DNA of 37,875 nucleotides, taken from IMG/VR virus record IMGVR_UViG_3300050030_000093, one strand, 5' to 3'. The position numbers were made by a program, and so were the translations under genes. Under the pieces are notes generated by a model. That model was given only the letters and a program-made list of their open reading frames with translations. It was not told where the DNA came from and made no database searches. Shown in pieces: positions 10,301-19,203 of this stretch (its first letter is position 1; every line of letters begins with the position of its first letter). This DNA is from an uncultured virus (IMG/VR IMGVR_UViG_3300050030_000093) (taxonomy: Duplodnaviria > Heunggongvirae > Uroviricota > Caudoviricetes).

Positions 10301-11103
10301 TCAGCAGAACGCCAAGCATTGAATATGATTTTCTTCCATAGCTTTTGTGCATCAATTTCTTTAGTAACTTTTGCTTGACCTTCAATTGGAAATTGCTGTT
10401 GATATGTTGTGCCTTGTGTTGCAGCAATCATAAAATCATCGTGGAGTTTTACTGATACGTTTGCACCAGTAACTTTTCCGGGAGTAAATTTGGCATCAAT
10501 AAATTTTTCTGAATCAGGATGTCTGATTGAAATACTTTCCATTAGAGCACCCCTGCGACCATCCTGTGCTACTTCCTTTGTACTGTTAGAGTATCTTTCC
10601 ATGAAAGGTACAACACCCGTAGAAGTGATTGCAGAGTTCTTTACGGGACTACCTGAAGGTCGTACAAATGAAAGGTCAAGACCTACTCCACCACGTCTTT
10701 TTTCTAATTGTACACATTCTTGGTCGAGTTTCAGAATTCCACCATAACTATCGCTTTCACCATCGTTTCCAATAACAAAACAATTACTGAGGCTTACAAC
10801 TTGGAGGGTATTACCGATTCCTGACATTGGTGAACCTTGTGGTACAATTCTTTCAAAATATTTTATTGTATCATAAATTTGTTCTTCAGTAAGAGGGTTG
10901 GGATATTTCGCTTCGATTCTCGCAAGTTCTTTTGCGATTCTATGATGCATATCATCTGGGTTCAGTTCGTAATAATTCTTATCGTCTTTTAAGCAGTATT
11001 TTTTCATCCAAACATGTGCTGCCAATTCATCTAATTTAAAATATTGTAATGCAGACTTTTCGACTTCTTGTTTGGGATAACTTTTGAGATTTTTTTCCGT
11101 CAT
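7336..11103 (-). CDS. nrdJ: Class II (adenosylcobalamin-dependent) ribonucleotide reductase with intein
   Basis: SNCFV, GGVG, NP|CGEIPL active site split by an insertion, TIAPTGT, TTSGIEP, KGCTVYR, C-terminal CPEC...CxxC Zn ribbon. Confidence 0.95.
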   Translation of the reverse strand: MTEKNLKSYPKQEVEKSALQYFKLDELAAHVWMKKYCLKDDKNYYELNPDDMHHRIAKELARIEAKYPNPLTEEQIYDTIKYFERIVPQGSPMSGIGNTLQVVSLSNCFVIGNDGESDSYGGILKLDQECVQLEKRRGGVGLDLSFVRPSGSPVKNSAITSTGVVPFMERYSNSTKEVAQDGRRGALMESISIRHPDSEKFIDAKFTPGKVTGANVSVKLHDDFMIAATQGTTYQQQFPIEGQAKVTKEIDAQKLWKKIIFNAWRSAEPGILFWDQVIRESVPDCYADLGYKTTSTNPCFPASEYLLTEDGYVKFGDLASINETKFINSTCDIKATNIVSDRRISYIDDGEEKPENWKIDNTQEGTLIRIASPVFLTQKNAEILEIITSKGFKLRCTPDHHIATTTGMIEAKDLTPEHEILIAIPNAFDSIIGCLPETNEEILATLIGLITGDGTFDKKRNRAHLDFWGDDRFRMEKFVLSLIDILYLQYGDFYNENDAKLSKYFVSRSEKYNKIRISSAWLAKLLNNVGFNHNTKHDVPEFIMNNSSRKIGKFYIAALMYCDGSVQGTQRSGFTVRLSQSNEEMLRKVQMILHSNGMIFGIYKRRDSKLTSLPNGRGGNSLYKTKIQYELISLGGSLVKYKNSVGFLGFKDKEDKINVEHNFQIKSSFTDTVIVIKNINNESVYCIKEDMGRNIIVNGISARRCGEIPLCNDDSCRLLSLNLYGYVKYPFTENAYFDWDLFVNDVIIAMRYMDDIIDLEIEKIDQILAKINSDPEDEFLKLYEIRLWERIKDKTIRGRRTGLGVTAEGDMLAALGFRYGTDEATTFSENVHKALKLYAYDSSIRMAKERGAFPIYDAKREANNPFILRIKSEHPDLYESMIKYGRRNIALLTIAPTGTASLMTQTTSGIEPCFSPVYKRRRKINPQEKDVRTDFEDAEGIAWQEYPVFHHKFEIWLDVNNYNINAVRNMTDEQRDEIVKKSPYYKATANDVDWVKKVEMQGRIQRHVDHSISVTVNLPKDVTEELVAKVYETAWRSGCKGCTVYRDESRSGVLINNEGKEEKLQENNAPKRPKRLKAEIHRFQNNLEKWIAVVGMKDGRPYEIFTGKLENGLSKLPPHVKECEVVKNIIDDIDAESKPIKIKRYDIEYIDSDGEKQVHTGLNQAFNPEFWNYAKLISGIMRHGMPVIKQYELIDSLNFKEDYINTWKNGVARTIKRYIKDGEKGRGKCPECGSENLQFIEGCLVCKGCGSSKCG
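8992..10209 (-). mobile_element. Intein with LAGLIDADG homing endonuclease (406 aa) at the RNR active-site Cys
   Basis: Begins CFPASEYLLT after NP; block B TPDH; LIGLITGDG and AALMYCDG motifs; ends VYCI...IIVNGISARR before C-GEIPL. Confidence 0.9.
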
Positions 11104-11234
11104 GTAAATAATAATTTTTTATAAAAATTATGTTTGCAAATATATCGATAAGCCTTCATAAATACAAGAGTTTATTTGAATATTCTCAAAAATTTTTAAA
11201 TAAATTTTAAGTCATTCAGACATAAACTTTTAAC

Positions 11235-11260
11235 AAAAAAAGGACACCCGAAAGTGTCCC
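11235..11260 (-). terminator. Intrinsic terminator
   Basis: GGACAC-TTTCGG-GTGTCC hairpin plus U tract on the minus strand. Confidence 0.75.
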
Positions 11261-11299
11261 AAAAAAAACGAAATAGATATAAAAACAGAAAAAATTTCT

Positions 11300-12190
11300 T
11301 TATTTTTTATCAGTATTATTAACTACTGTATTAGTGGTTGTATTTGGATTACTAAATGTGATGTTTGTACCATTAGAAGTAATATTGCCACCAATATTTA
11401 CATTACCAGCATCTTTACTGTTATTTGGGTCGTTTGGGTCATCAGGAATTAATGATTTTGACATTTTTTTGAAGTTTGCGCTTTTTGCACTCATACCCCT
11501 ATAAGAAGTGGTTGCACAATTCAATGTTGATGACATTACGCCAACACCTGCAGAACTTGCAGTATATGTGAATGTGTTTCCAGGAGCAATACCAAATGAC
11601 GTACCAACTGCGAATGCATTTTGATTTGCTGCAAGATAAATGAAATTCCAATCATCTTTTTCACAATCAGCAATAAGTTTCTGAATATCTTCACGTCTGT
11701 ATTCTTTACTTGCATTTTCGAAACCATCGGTTACAACGCAAACCAATACTTTAGAAGGCTTTTCAACGCCAAGACGGTTAAGTGTTGCTCTGTCTTGATT
11801 AATTGTTTTACCGATTGCATCGTATAATGCGGTTGTGCCTCTTGGATACCACTGAGAACTTGTGATTTCTTTTACGTCTTTAATGTTTGCACATTCATAC
11901 AACCATTCGTGTTTGTCATCGAATAAATGAATTGTAATAGTTGCTTCGCCAGGAAGTTTCTTTTGTTGTTTTAGGAATTCATTGAATCCACCGATAGAAT
12001 CGCTCATGATACTACCCATAGAACCACTGCGGTCCAAGATACAAATAATATGGGTCTTATCATTCATTGTTATAGTTTCTTCAGTGACAGTTGTAGTAAC
12101 CGTAGTAACTATTTTTTTCTTTTTTTCTTTAACGGGTTTTACCTCTTCTTTTGTTGTAGTAGTTGTGACTACCTTTTTGTTTTTAGCCAT
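11300..12190 (-). CDS. vWA-domain protein (296 aa)
   Basis: ILDRSGSM, GTTALYDAIG, VTDGFENAS motifs; Thr/Lys-rich N-terminus and Asn/Thr-rich C-terminus. Confidence 0.85.
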   Translation of the reverse strand: MAKNKKVVTTTTTKEEVKPVKEKKKKIVTTVTTTVTEETITMNDKTHIICILDRSGSMGSIMSDSIGGFNEFLKQQKKLPGEATITIHLFDDKHEWLYECANIKDVKEITSSQWYPRGTTALYDAIGKTINQDRATLNRLGVEKPSKVLVCVVTDGFENASKEYRREDIQKLIADCEKDDWNFIYLAANQNAFAVGTSFGIAPGNTFTYTASSAGVGVMSSTLNCATTSYRGMSAKSANFKKMSKSLIPDDPNDPNNSKDAGNVNIGGNITSNGTNITFSNPNTTTNTVVNNTDKK

Positions 12191-12339
12191 TTCTCATAAT
12201 ACTTAAGCATAAAATTATTTTCACAAATATAATAATTCTTAAAGAATTATGCAAGACTATTTTTATTTAGACTAAATAAAAATAATAACTGGCTCAAAAT
12301 AAAAGACTTACTAAACATTATATTTGGTAAGTCTTCATG

Positions 12340-12412
12340 TGACCCCGGTGGAACTCGAATCCACAATCCTTACTTTAAGAGAGTACAGCTTCACCAATTA
12401 AGCTACGGAGTC
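12340..12412 (-). tRNA. tRNA-Lys(CTT)
   Basis: GACTCCG/CGGGGTC acceptor, loop CTCTTAA, TTCGAGT T loop, A73. Confidence 0.88.
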
Positions 12413-13048
12413 AATTTTACATATTTCTTCATATTCTTTTTTTAATCTGTGGCATCTTCCATAATTACCGCCTTTTGCTGCTAAACCAACGGTGATTAAA
12501 GATTGTCTCATGTTAAAATTATTCTCCAATAATACCTTAAATAATTCGTCATCATTAACTCTTCCTCGATTAATATTATTGCCCTTATTTCTTCCTCTCC
12601 ATGTTGGTGTTAATGAATGACAATTTGGACAGAGTGCTTCAAGATTTTTTCTTTCATTATTTGAATGATGACCATCAATATGTTCTATTTCAAGGATTAA
12701 TTTTTCTCCAAGCCATTCCGATAATTTACATCTGTTACATTTTCCATTTTGTTCTAATATTACTCTTTTTTTAATGGTGTCTTCACCCAAAGTATTATAA
12801 TCAGCATTTAATAATCTTTCTTTATAATAGGCATTTCTTTTATCTTGAATTTCTTTCCATTTTTCATTAGAATATGTATGAAACACTCCTATTCGTCCCA
12901 ATAATTTTTTACTTACCGCTTCATTAATTTCTTTTCTTTTTGCTTTAGTACTAAAACCATTTGCACAATTTTTTGAACAAAATTCACCACAACTATATTT
13001 GCTATATTTAACAGCTTCTTTAATTTTACAATATTTACATTTACTCAT
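12398..13048 (-). CDS. HNH endonuclease
   Basis: CNRC...LEIEHIDGHHSNNERKNLEALCPNCH; stop codon lies inside tRNA-Lys(CTT). Confidence 0.92.
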   Translation of the reverse strand: MSKCKYCKIKEAVKYSKYSCGEFCSKNCANGFSTKAKRKEINEAVSKKLLGRIGVFHTYSNEKWKEIQDKRNAYYKERLLNADYNTLGEDTIKKRVILEQNGKCNRCKLSEWLGEKLILEIEHIDGHHSNNERKNLEALCPNCHSLTPTWRGRNKGNNINRGRVNDDELFKVLLENNFNMRQSLITVGLAAKGGNYGRCHRLKKEYEEICKIDSVA

Positions 13049-13108
13049 AATTTGAACTATTTTTAATATAAATACTATCTACTTAAAAAATAGTTCAAAT
13101 GAAATTTG

Positions 13109-13191
13109 TGCGCCCGGTGGGATTCGAACCCACGTAGGTCAACTGACCCCGGATTAAAGGTCCGGTGCATAGCCAACTTTGCTACGAGCGC
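13109..13191 (-). tRNA. tRNA-Lys(TTT), atypical (C33, long variable arm)
   Basis: GCGCTCG/CGGGCGC, CCGGA-CCTTTAA-TCCGG, V-arm GGTCAGTTGACC, GTGGG-TTCGAAT-CCCAC. Confidence 0.8.
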
Positions 13192-13198
13192 AAATTTG

Positions 13199-13283
13199 TG
13201 AGGGTAGAGGGATTCGAACCCCCTGTGTTTCTTTGTTTCGGTTTTACAGACCGAAGTCACTCCACCACCGTGACCGTACCCAC
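13199..13283 (-). tRNA. tRNA-Tyr(GTA)
   Basis: TCGGT-CTGTAAA-ACCGA, long variable region, GTTCGAATC T loop; U2.U71 mismatch. Confidence 0.85.
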
Positions 13284-13291
13284 ATGAAAAC

Positions 13292-13319
13292 AAAAAACCC
13301 GAATCTTTCGAATCGGGTT
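13292..13319 (-). terminator. Intrinsic terminator/attenuator 2
   Basis: AACCCGATTC-GAAA-GATTCGGGTTTTTT, about 8 nt upstream of tRNA-Tyr. Confidence 0.85.
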
Positions 13320-13344
13320 CTTAATATCTTTAAAAGTATATCTA

Positions 13345-13440
13345 TTACATGCCTATACTTTTGGACACAGTATTCCCGATTCCTATAAAGTGCTTTTTAT
13401 AAGATTTTTTACCGTAATAATATGTACCAAATGTAATCAT
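13345..13440 (-). CDS. Putative attenuator leader peptide 2 (31 aa, MITFGTYYYGKKSYKKHFIGIGNTVSKSIGM)
   Basis: TAT TAT TAC GGT AAA AAA TCT TAT AAA AAG run; internal GAATCGGG (13375-13382) is complementary to terminator 5' arm CCCGATTC (13310-13317). Confidence 0.8.
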   Translation of the reverse strand: MITFGTYYYGKKSYKKHFIGIGNTVSKSIGM

Positions 13441-13479
13441 TGCTTTATTTTCTAATTGTTTGTTTTAAATATCAAGTGA

Positions 13480-13510
13480 CAAATGTAGTAATAAATACCG
13501 AACTTGCAAA
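13480..13510 (-). promoter_or_regulatory. Bacteroidota-type promoter (TTTG-N19-TACATTTG) with embedded GTATTTAT
   Basis: Consensus match upstream of leader 2. Confidence 0.65.
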
Positions 13511-13526
13511 TAAAATCGCAATTATT

Positions 13527-14048
13527 TTACACATTATTTTCAAGTACGGTTTCATAATAATTAATTAACTGTTGTTCAGTACTGAAATACAGCACGTTAG
13601 TGGGTGGAGTATAATTAACCATTTCTCTGCCTTTTATGACTAAACCATCATATCCAAGTCTTTGCATTTCATCTGCAATCGTTGTTTTGCTACTGAAAAA
13701 TTCATTACTTCTCGGCACACCATGCATTTTACAAAAATTAGTAACTACTTGTTGTAAAAAAATTTCTGCATCATTTGTAGTATACACTATTTTTGGTTTC
13801 TTTGGTATTGCATTAACAAGAAAATAAACCTTACCATATTGTTTTGCCAAATCTCTATTCCCTAAAAAGGCAGAATATAAACCTTGTCCATAACTTGCAA
13901 ATCCACCATTCTCCGCAGAATTATTATTATCACGTATACCTCTTATAGTTACGTTTTGTCGTTTCCACTTTAAATAATTGACATGATTATAGTCTTCAGT
14001 CACTACATTTGCAATTTCTTCTTTAATAATGTTAACAATACTTTTCAT
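13527..14048 (-). CDS. Hypothetical protein, possibly ADP-ribosyltransferase-like fold; IKEE N-terminal motif
   Basis: 173-aa ORF; RG...GQGLYS...LGYDGLV...E pattern is reminiscent of phage ART-like domains (weak). Confidence 0.55.
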   Translation of the reverse strand: MKSIVNIIKEEIANVVTEDYNHVNYLKWKRQNVTIRGIRDNNNSAENGGFASYGQGLYSAFLGNRDLAKQYGKVYFLVNAIPKKPKIVYTTNDAEIFLQQVVTNFCKMHGVPRSNEFFSSKTTIADEMQRLGYDGLVIKGREMVNYTPPTNVLYFSTEQQLINYYETVLENNV

Positions 14049-14851
14049 TATTCAACTAATCTGATTGTCCAAAAGTCGTCTGCAACATATGGCGTATTTA
14101 TATACCAATAAGGTAAATAAAAATATCCGTTTAAACCCCATGAAGTACCCCAGGAATTTCTGACTATGAGTGAATTTTTTTCATCATCATATCCAACAGC
14201 TAATACTGCATGACCACCAATTGGTGCTTCATTGGGTAATGGTATTGGTACTTCTCCTGAATTTGCAACATCGTCAGTCATAAATGATTCGTATAATGTG
14301 AAGCCAAATATAACAGGATATCCACTTACAAGGCATTGCTTTGTATCATATGTGTTATTCGAAGATAATCTTAAATATTCTTGAACTTGATTATCGAGTG
14401 CTGTAGCATAACAATCGGGACAAGGTTTTGATTTAAATTTACCTTCATTATATTTCCACATTGTTTCAGGACATACACCTGCATCAACAAGGGTTTTAAT
14501 GCCTGTTCTTATCATTGCACCACCATCATCATTAATTGAGTTCTCAATTGACCTTTCATTATAATAAATAAATAATCTTGAAGGAATGAAATTGGGTTTG
14601 CTTTGTTTCATTTGTTCAAACTGAAATGCTGCACCAAGTGCATTTGCCGTACAACTACCAAGTTGTCCTTGGTCATAAATTGATGGGCATTGCGGTCTAA
14701 GGTCAAATAATGGCGGTAATGCTATTGGTGCGGTGACTTTGAATTTAATGTCTCTTGGGTCATATAGGTCATGTTTCCAGCCAAATTTTCTTCCTTGTGC
14801 CAAATCTTTTGCACTTTTTGATTTTCTGAAGATAATGTCAAATGTTTTCAC
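14048..14851 (-). CDS. Papain-like C1 cysteine peptidase
   Basis: DQGQLGSCTANA, GGHAVLAVGY, RNSWG catalytic motifs. Confidence 0.93.
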   Translation of the reverse strand: MKTFDIIFRKSKSAKDLAQGRKFGWKHDLYDPRDIKFKVTAPIALPPLFDLRPQCPSIYDQGQLGSCTANALGAAFQFEQMKQSKPNFIPSRLFIYYNERSIENSINDDGGAMIRTGIKTLVDAGVCPETMWKYNEGKFKSKPCPDCYATALDNQVQEYLRLSSNNTYDTKQCLVSGYPVIFGFTLYESFMTDDVANSGEVPIPLPNEAPIGGHAVLAVGYDDEKNSLIVRNSWGTSWGLNGYFYLPYWYINTPYVADDFWTIRLVE

Positions 14852-14875
14852 GATATTTATTTATTATAAATACAC

Positions 14876-14902
14876 AAAAAAAGCGGAGATTCTCCGCTTT
14901 TT
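14876..14902. terminator. Hairpin terminator between peptidase genes
   Basis: AAAAAGCGGAGA/TCTCCGCTTTTT inverted repeat. Confidence 0.7.
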
Positions 14903-14940
14903 AATATTTCGGTTTCAAAGTCTTAGACTTCGAGGCTAAT

Positions 14941-15759
14941 TTAAATTATTGATAAATCTATTTCAATTAATCTTATTGTCCAGAAGTCGGATGTTAATTG
15001 GGCAAGTGATGTATATGCATATGGCATATAAAAATAGCCATTTAAACCCCAACTTCTTCCCCAACTATTTCTTACGATTAAAGCACTTTTGGCATCGTCA
15101 TATCCAACAGCTAATACTGCATGACCACCTTCTAACTGGTCGGTATCTTTTGGCATTGACATGATACCCGTTTTTGCTACTTGGTCAGTCATAAACGATG
15201 AATAAACACTAAAGCCAAATGCAACGGGAAAACCATCAGCAAGGCATTGTTTTATTTGAGGTATTGTGGGATTAACGCTTAAATATTCCTGAACTTGATT
15301 TTTTAAAGCACTTGCATAACAATTTGCTGGTGGTTTTTGTTTAAATTTACTTATTTTATATTTCCATAAATTTTCGCTACAAACACCATTGTTATTTAAT
15401 GTTTTAATACCATTTCTTAGTGTTGCACCAGCATCACTATTTACAGTATTTTCCAGTACTCTTTCATTATAATAAATAAACAGTCTTGAAGGAATAAATG
15501 AAAGGCTTCTTTTTTTTATTTGTTTTAATTGTTCAAATTGAAATGCTCCTGCTAATGCGTTTGCTGTACAACTACCAAGTTGTCCTTGGTCATAAATTAT
15601 TGGGCATTGCGGTCTAAGGTCAAATAATGGCGGTGCTGGTTTATTTAAAACTATTTTGAACATATGGTCTCGATAGTCAGTTAATTCTGGCTTCCAATTC
15701 AAAACCCTTTTATTGATACTACTATTGGATTCGTTTTTTAAGTAATTAAATGTATCCAT
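14941..15759 (-). CDS. Papain-like C1 cysteine peptidase (tandem paralog)
   Basis: Same QGQLGSC/GHAV/RNSWG motifs; long identical stretches with the neighbour. Confidence 0.93.
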   Translation of the reverse strand: MDTFNYLKNESNSSINKRVLNWKPELTDYRDHMFKIVLNKPAPPLFDLRPQCPIIYDQGQLGSCTANALAGAFQFEQLKQIKKRSLSFIPSRLFIYYNERVLENTVNSDAGATLRNGIKTLNNNGVCSENLWKYKISKFKQKPPANCYASALKNQVQEYLSVNPTIPQIKQCLADGFPVAFGFSVYSSFMTDQVAKTGIMSMPKDTDQLEGGHAVLAVGYDDAKSALIVRNSWGRSWGLNGYFYMPYAYTSLAQLTSDFWTIRLIEIDLSII

Positions 15760-15844
15760 GATATTTTGTTTATCATAAATACTAATAAAAAAAGCGAAGT
15801 TCGCACTTCGCCTAATTTAATCTATTTGCTTCAAACACAATTCT

Positions 15845-16924
15845 TTATTCGTCTTCAAAGCCGTCCTTAAATGGTTTGCTGTAGACTGGTCGAATCATCT
15901 TCCAGATTATTTCATCATATGGTCGTTTGTCATACATCTTAAACAATATTGCACTGTATTTTGTATTTAATGCTTCAATTGCAAATGTTCTACGGTCAGT
16001 ACCCTTTACAGGATAAATTTTACCATATTCCATCAATGCTTGAGATTCAATATCATTGAAATCCCCTTTTAACTTACGAACAGTTTTTTGTAACCAATCA
16101 TAGAATTCGTCTGGAACTCTATCGAGTAGTTCGTCAAAGTCGTTATTGTTTTTCAGATGTTCCCAAATAGTTAAATTTGAAACGTTTGTTACAATGGCAT
16201 GTAATCTGCAATATTCAGCAAATTTCATTTTTAAACGAAAACCATTAGCAAATCTTAAAACAACACCTTCTTTATTATCTTCTCCAATATTTATTAATTT
16301 TCTTAATTCATCAAATGATTTAAGTTCCAGTTTTTTTACAACTGTGAAATATTCAGAATATGTAGCAAGTACACTTTCGTATGGTAGTTCATAACCACTT
16401 AAAGTTTCTATTACTGCAAGCAACACAAGTTCCCTTCTGTTACCGTAATCAAGAACAATACGGTTTTCCGGATATAAAATTTCAAATAAATATGTCATTT
16501 GTTCCTCTAACTTATCATAAAGCGGAACATGGAGCATCTTTTGTGCTTCTAATGCCTGTTCAGAAATAAATGAACCTCTGGAAGCCACTATCCATTTCGA
16601 AACTGATTTGTAGTAAAACAATATAATAAGCGAGCCATCCATTTTTTCAAATGCATCGAAATCCATTGACCAATCAATTTCTGATGGAAGATATTCTTCG
16701 TAGTTTTTGAATTTTTGAAATGGACGTGCCAAGATATTACCTTCTGCATCCACAACCAAACCACGGCATGACAAAGTATATTCGTCCCAAGCCTTCATTG
16801 CTTGAACTCTTACCGAATAGTTAAGTATCCAGATATCATATTCTGGATGCTTATTTGCCATAATAAGTTTATTGTCGATGTATGTGTTCAACAATTTCCA
16901 ATCAACCTTTTCCAACATTTTCAT
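15845..16924 (-). CDS. RNA ligase, T4 Rnl1-like
   Basis: Motif I FEKMDGS, CRGLV, PFQKFKN, ASRGSF, FEILYPENRIV, EGVV, KMK. Confidence 0.88.
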   Translation of the reverse strand: MKMLEKVDWKLLNTYIDNKLIMANKHPEYDIWILNYSVRVQAMKAWDEYTLSCRGLVVDAEGNILARPFQKFKNYEEYLPSEIDWSMDFDAFEKMDGSLIILFYYKSVSKWIVASRGSFISEQALEAQKMLHVPLYDKLEEQMTYLFEILYPENRIVLDYGNRRELVLLAVIETLSGYELPYESVLATYSEYFTVVKKLELKSFDELRKLINIGEDNKEGVVLRFANGFRLKMKFAEYCRLHAIVTNVSNLTIWEHLKNNNDFDELLDRVPDEFYDWLQKTVRKLKGDFNDIESQALMEYGKIYPVKGTDRRTFAIEALNTKYSAILFKMYDKRPYDEIIWKMIRPVYSKPFKDGFEDE

Positions 16925-16929
16925 TTCAG

Positions 16930-17475
16930 TTATACTTTAGCATATATAATACCAAATTTCAGTTCTGCATTGGGAAATATCTCCTTTACTATTTCAAGAT
17001 ACTCCTCTTGGGTTTTATAGTGTTGAAATGTTCCGGATTTGGTCACTCCCGATTGTTTTGCGGGGTTTTTATATGTTGACCTAACGTAGAGCATTCCACC
17101 ATCTTTAAGTGCATCATGCGCCATATTTAATGCATTCAACTGTATTTCATGTTCTGCTATGACATTTAATAAATTAAACATTGTCACAGTATCGACACTA
17201 TTATCCTCAAGACCATAAATAATCTTGATGTTGTGTGCCAAACTTCTGTTATACGGGTCAAACACCAGATTTGTTACACCTTTCTCCAATAATTTTTCGG
17301 TCATTAAGTCATATTTTCCACCACCGATGTCTAAATTAGTGGTATTTGGTTGCCAACCAAAATGCTTGTCGACAATCTTAAACCCTGCTGGAACCTGTTT
17401 TATTGAAGTTTTTGCTGACGTATACTTTTGATGTACCATTGAATACTTCATCTGCTCAAACGTAATTAAGTACAA
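16930..17475 (-). CDS. Class I SAM-dependent methyltransferase
   Basis: LDIGGGKYD, FDPYN, DTVTMFNLLNVI, LKDGG. Confidence 0.75.
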   Translation of the reverse strand: MYLITFEQMKYSMVHQKYTSAKTSIKQVPAGFKIVDKHFGWQPNTTNLDIGGGKYDLMTEKLLEKGVTNLVFDPYNRSLAHNIKIIYGLEDNSVDTVTMFNLLNVIAEHEIQLNALNMAHDALKDGGMLYVRSTYKNPAKQSGVTKSGTFQHYKTQEEYLEIVKEIFPNAELKFGIIYAKV

Positions 17476-17529
17476 ATATATAAAAGAATTTCATATAAAA
17501 TCAAGTATTTATAAAAAATGTGGATTTAC

Positions 17530-17979
17530 ATGAAATTAAAATCTCTTATTAAAGAAGAATTAATTGATATGGTTCGGGAAACTGCAACTCAAGCACCCGG
17601 AGCAACACTCGTAAAAGATGATAGGCTTAAATTCACTTCAATAGTTAATTCAACATTCAACAATTATGAAGGATTTACCAAGGATTTCGATACGGGCATT
17701 GATACAAGTAAAATTATTGTTCATTGGAACGTTAATTTTTTAGTAAATCCCGAAGGAATTTATAAGTTTAATGTTGAGGTAGAGCAAGTTGAGGGTCAAT
17801 TTATCTTACGTATGTATGACAAACACTCCGATGAATTAATGCAAGAAACACCAAAAAATATTGCTGATACCAAGTGGAAATTTGAAATTGGTGAAGTTGC
17901 CGTTGAACAGGGTGGATTTTTATTTGTGAGAGAATTAGAATTCGATTTTAAAAATAATGTTTGTAACGTAGTATTTTAA
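17530..17979 (+). CDS. Hypothetical protein with LIKEE N-terminal motif
   Basis: ORF after GTATTTAT (17505-17512); start MKLKSLIKEEL (alternative start 17518). Confidence 0.7.
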   Translation: MKLKSLIKEELIDMVRETATQAPGATLVKDDRLKFTSIVNSTFNNYEGFTKDFDTGIDTSKIIVHWNVNFLVNPEGIYKFNVEVEQVEGQFILRMYDKHSDELMQETPKNIADTKWKFEIGEVAVEQGGFLFVRELEFDFKNNVCNVVF

Positions 17980-17982
17980 CCA

Positions 17983-18825
17983 ATGAACTTAACATCATTA
18001 ATTAAAGAAGAGGTTAATGGCTTTCTTAATGAGTTTGCCGAAGAAGATATTGTTGATAGCCGTAATATTAATTTGCAGAAGGAATATGATGATTTAAATA
18101 AATTACTTTGGGAAGGCAAGTTGCCTAATGTCCCACTGAAATTTGATGCCAAAAAGAATGGATATGGTCGTGTAAATGGTATGATTGAACGATTCACGAG
18201 AAAAGTAATTGTACATCATCTGGCAATATCAAACATGTATAGTTTCACATATCGTCAATTTAGAAATATTATGGCACATGAACAAATTCACGTATATCAA
18301 ATGGCAGTAAAGCAAGAAAGGGGTGGTCATGGTTGGGATTTTGAGCGTGAGGCACGTAGAATTAATGGTATGGGATTGGGATTTAATATTACTGCAAGAA
18401 ACGGTGAAGATATACCAGTATCGGACCAAGCAAAACAAAATTTTAGTAAGAAAAAATTGATTGCTATGGTATTGAATTTTGATGGACAATATAGCTTAAC
18501 ATTGACAACTCCGAGCGTATATGAAAGAGAAGCAGACCAATTTTTTAAGATTTTTGACAGTGCAGTAAATAAGTTTCACAAATATAGTAGTGTGGAAATA
18601 ACTGTAATTGAAACATCAAATCCTGAAGTAATGGGATTTCCAGTTGCAAGAACATTCATGAGAAGTGTAAGGTCAGTACCATTACATGACAGATTACTTG
18701 AGCAATTGCTTAACGATAAAATAATTAAGGAAGTAAAAATAAAAAGAGGTATGCCAATGTCGGTATCCGAACAAGTTCTTTCAGAAGCCAATACGGGCGA
18801 ATGGGAAGAAATAGAAATAGTTTAA
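17983..18825 (+). CDS. SprT-like zinc metalloprotease with LIKEE N-terminal motif
   Basis: YDDLNKLLWEGKLP...IMAHEQIH...GHGWDF. Confidence 0.8.
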   Translation: MNLTSLIKEEVNGFLNEFAEEDIVDSRNINLQKEYDDLNKLLWEGKLPNVPLKFDAKKNGYGRVNGMIERFTRKVIVHHLAISNMYSFTYRQFRNIMAHEQIHVYQMAVKQERGGHGWDFEREARRINGMGLGFNITARNGEDIPVSDQAKQNFSKKKLIAMVLNFDGQYSLTLTTPSVYEREADQFFKIFDSAVNKFHKYSSVEITVIETSNPEVMGFPVARTFMRSVRSVPLHDRLLEQLLNDKIIKEVKIKRGMPMSVSEQVLSEANTGEWEEIEIV

Positions 18826-18827
18826 CA

Positions 18828-19196
18828 ATGAAAAATAATAAACAAAGACTTTATGAAGTCATGGAAAGAGTAGCACCAAATTTTGGTGAAAATGATTATA
18901 AGAAAATCATGAATGATTTTCCTGGTCATGCCAAATATGTAAATCCCGTAGATTCTCTACAATATAAGTGGTATCAAGAAGTATTGCAGTTCATGCAAGG
19001 CAATAATCCTATTGAGCAAAAAGCGGAACTTGTTAAATTTTTTCAGAATGACTTTTTTGGCATTGACTACGGAGAATTTCAAACAGACGAAGAAATGGTT
19101 AATTGGTGGCTTTCTCCTGAAGAACAGAAATTTATTGCAGATGAAATGAACCCCAATGGCTCACCAAGTGAATTACAGAATGCACCGCTTAAATAA
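18828..19196 (+). CDS. Hypothetical protein with KQRLYEVM N-terminal motif
   Basis: Start placed at MKNNKQRL, just after the previous stop. Confidence 0.7.
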   Translation: MKNNKQRLYEVMERVAPNFGENDYKKIMNDFPGHAKYVNPVDSLQYKWYQEVLQFMQGNNPIEQKAELVKFFQNDFFGIDYGEFQTDEEMVNWWLSPEEQKFIADEMNPNGSPSELQNAPLK

Positions 19197-19203
19197 ATTT
19201 AAT

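Noticed and set aside
1354..10747. Short antisense or alternate-frame ORFs within vWA, helicase and nrdJ genes
   Set aside because: Shadow ORFs of long motif-bearing genes.
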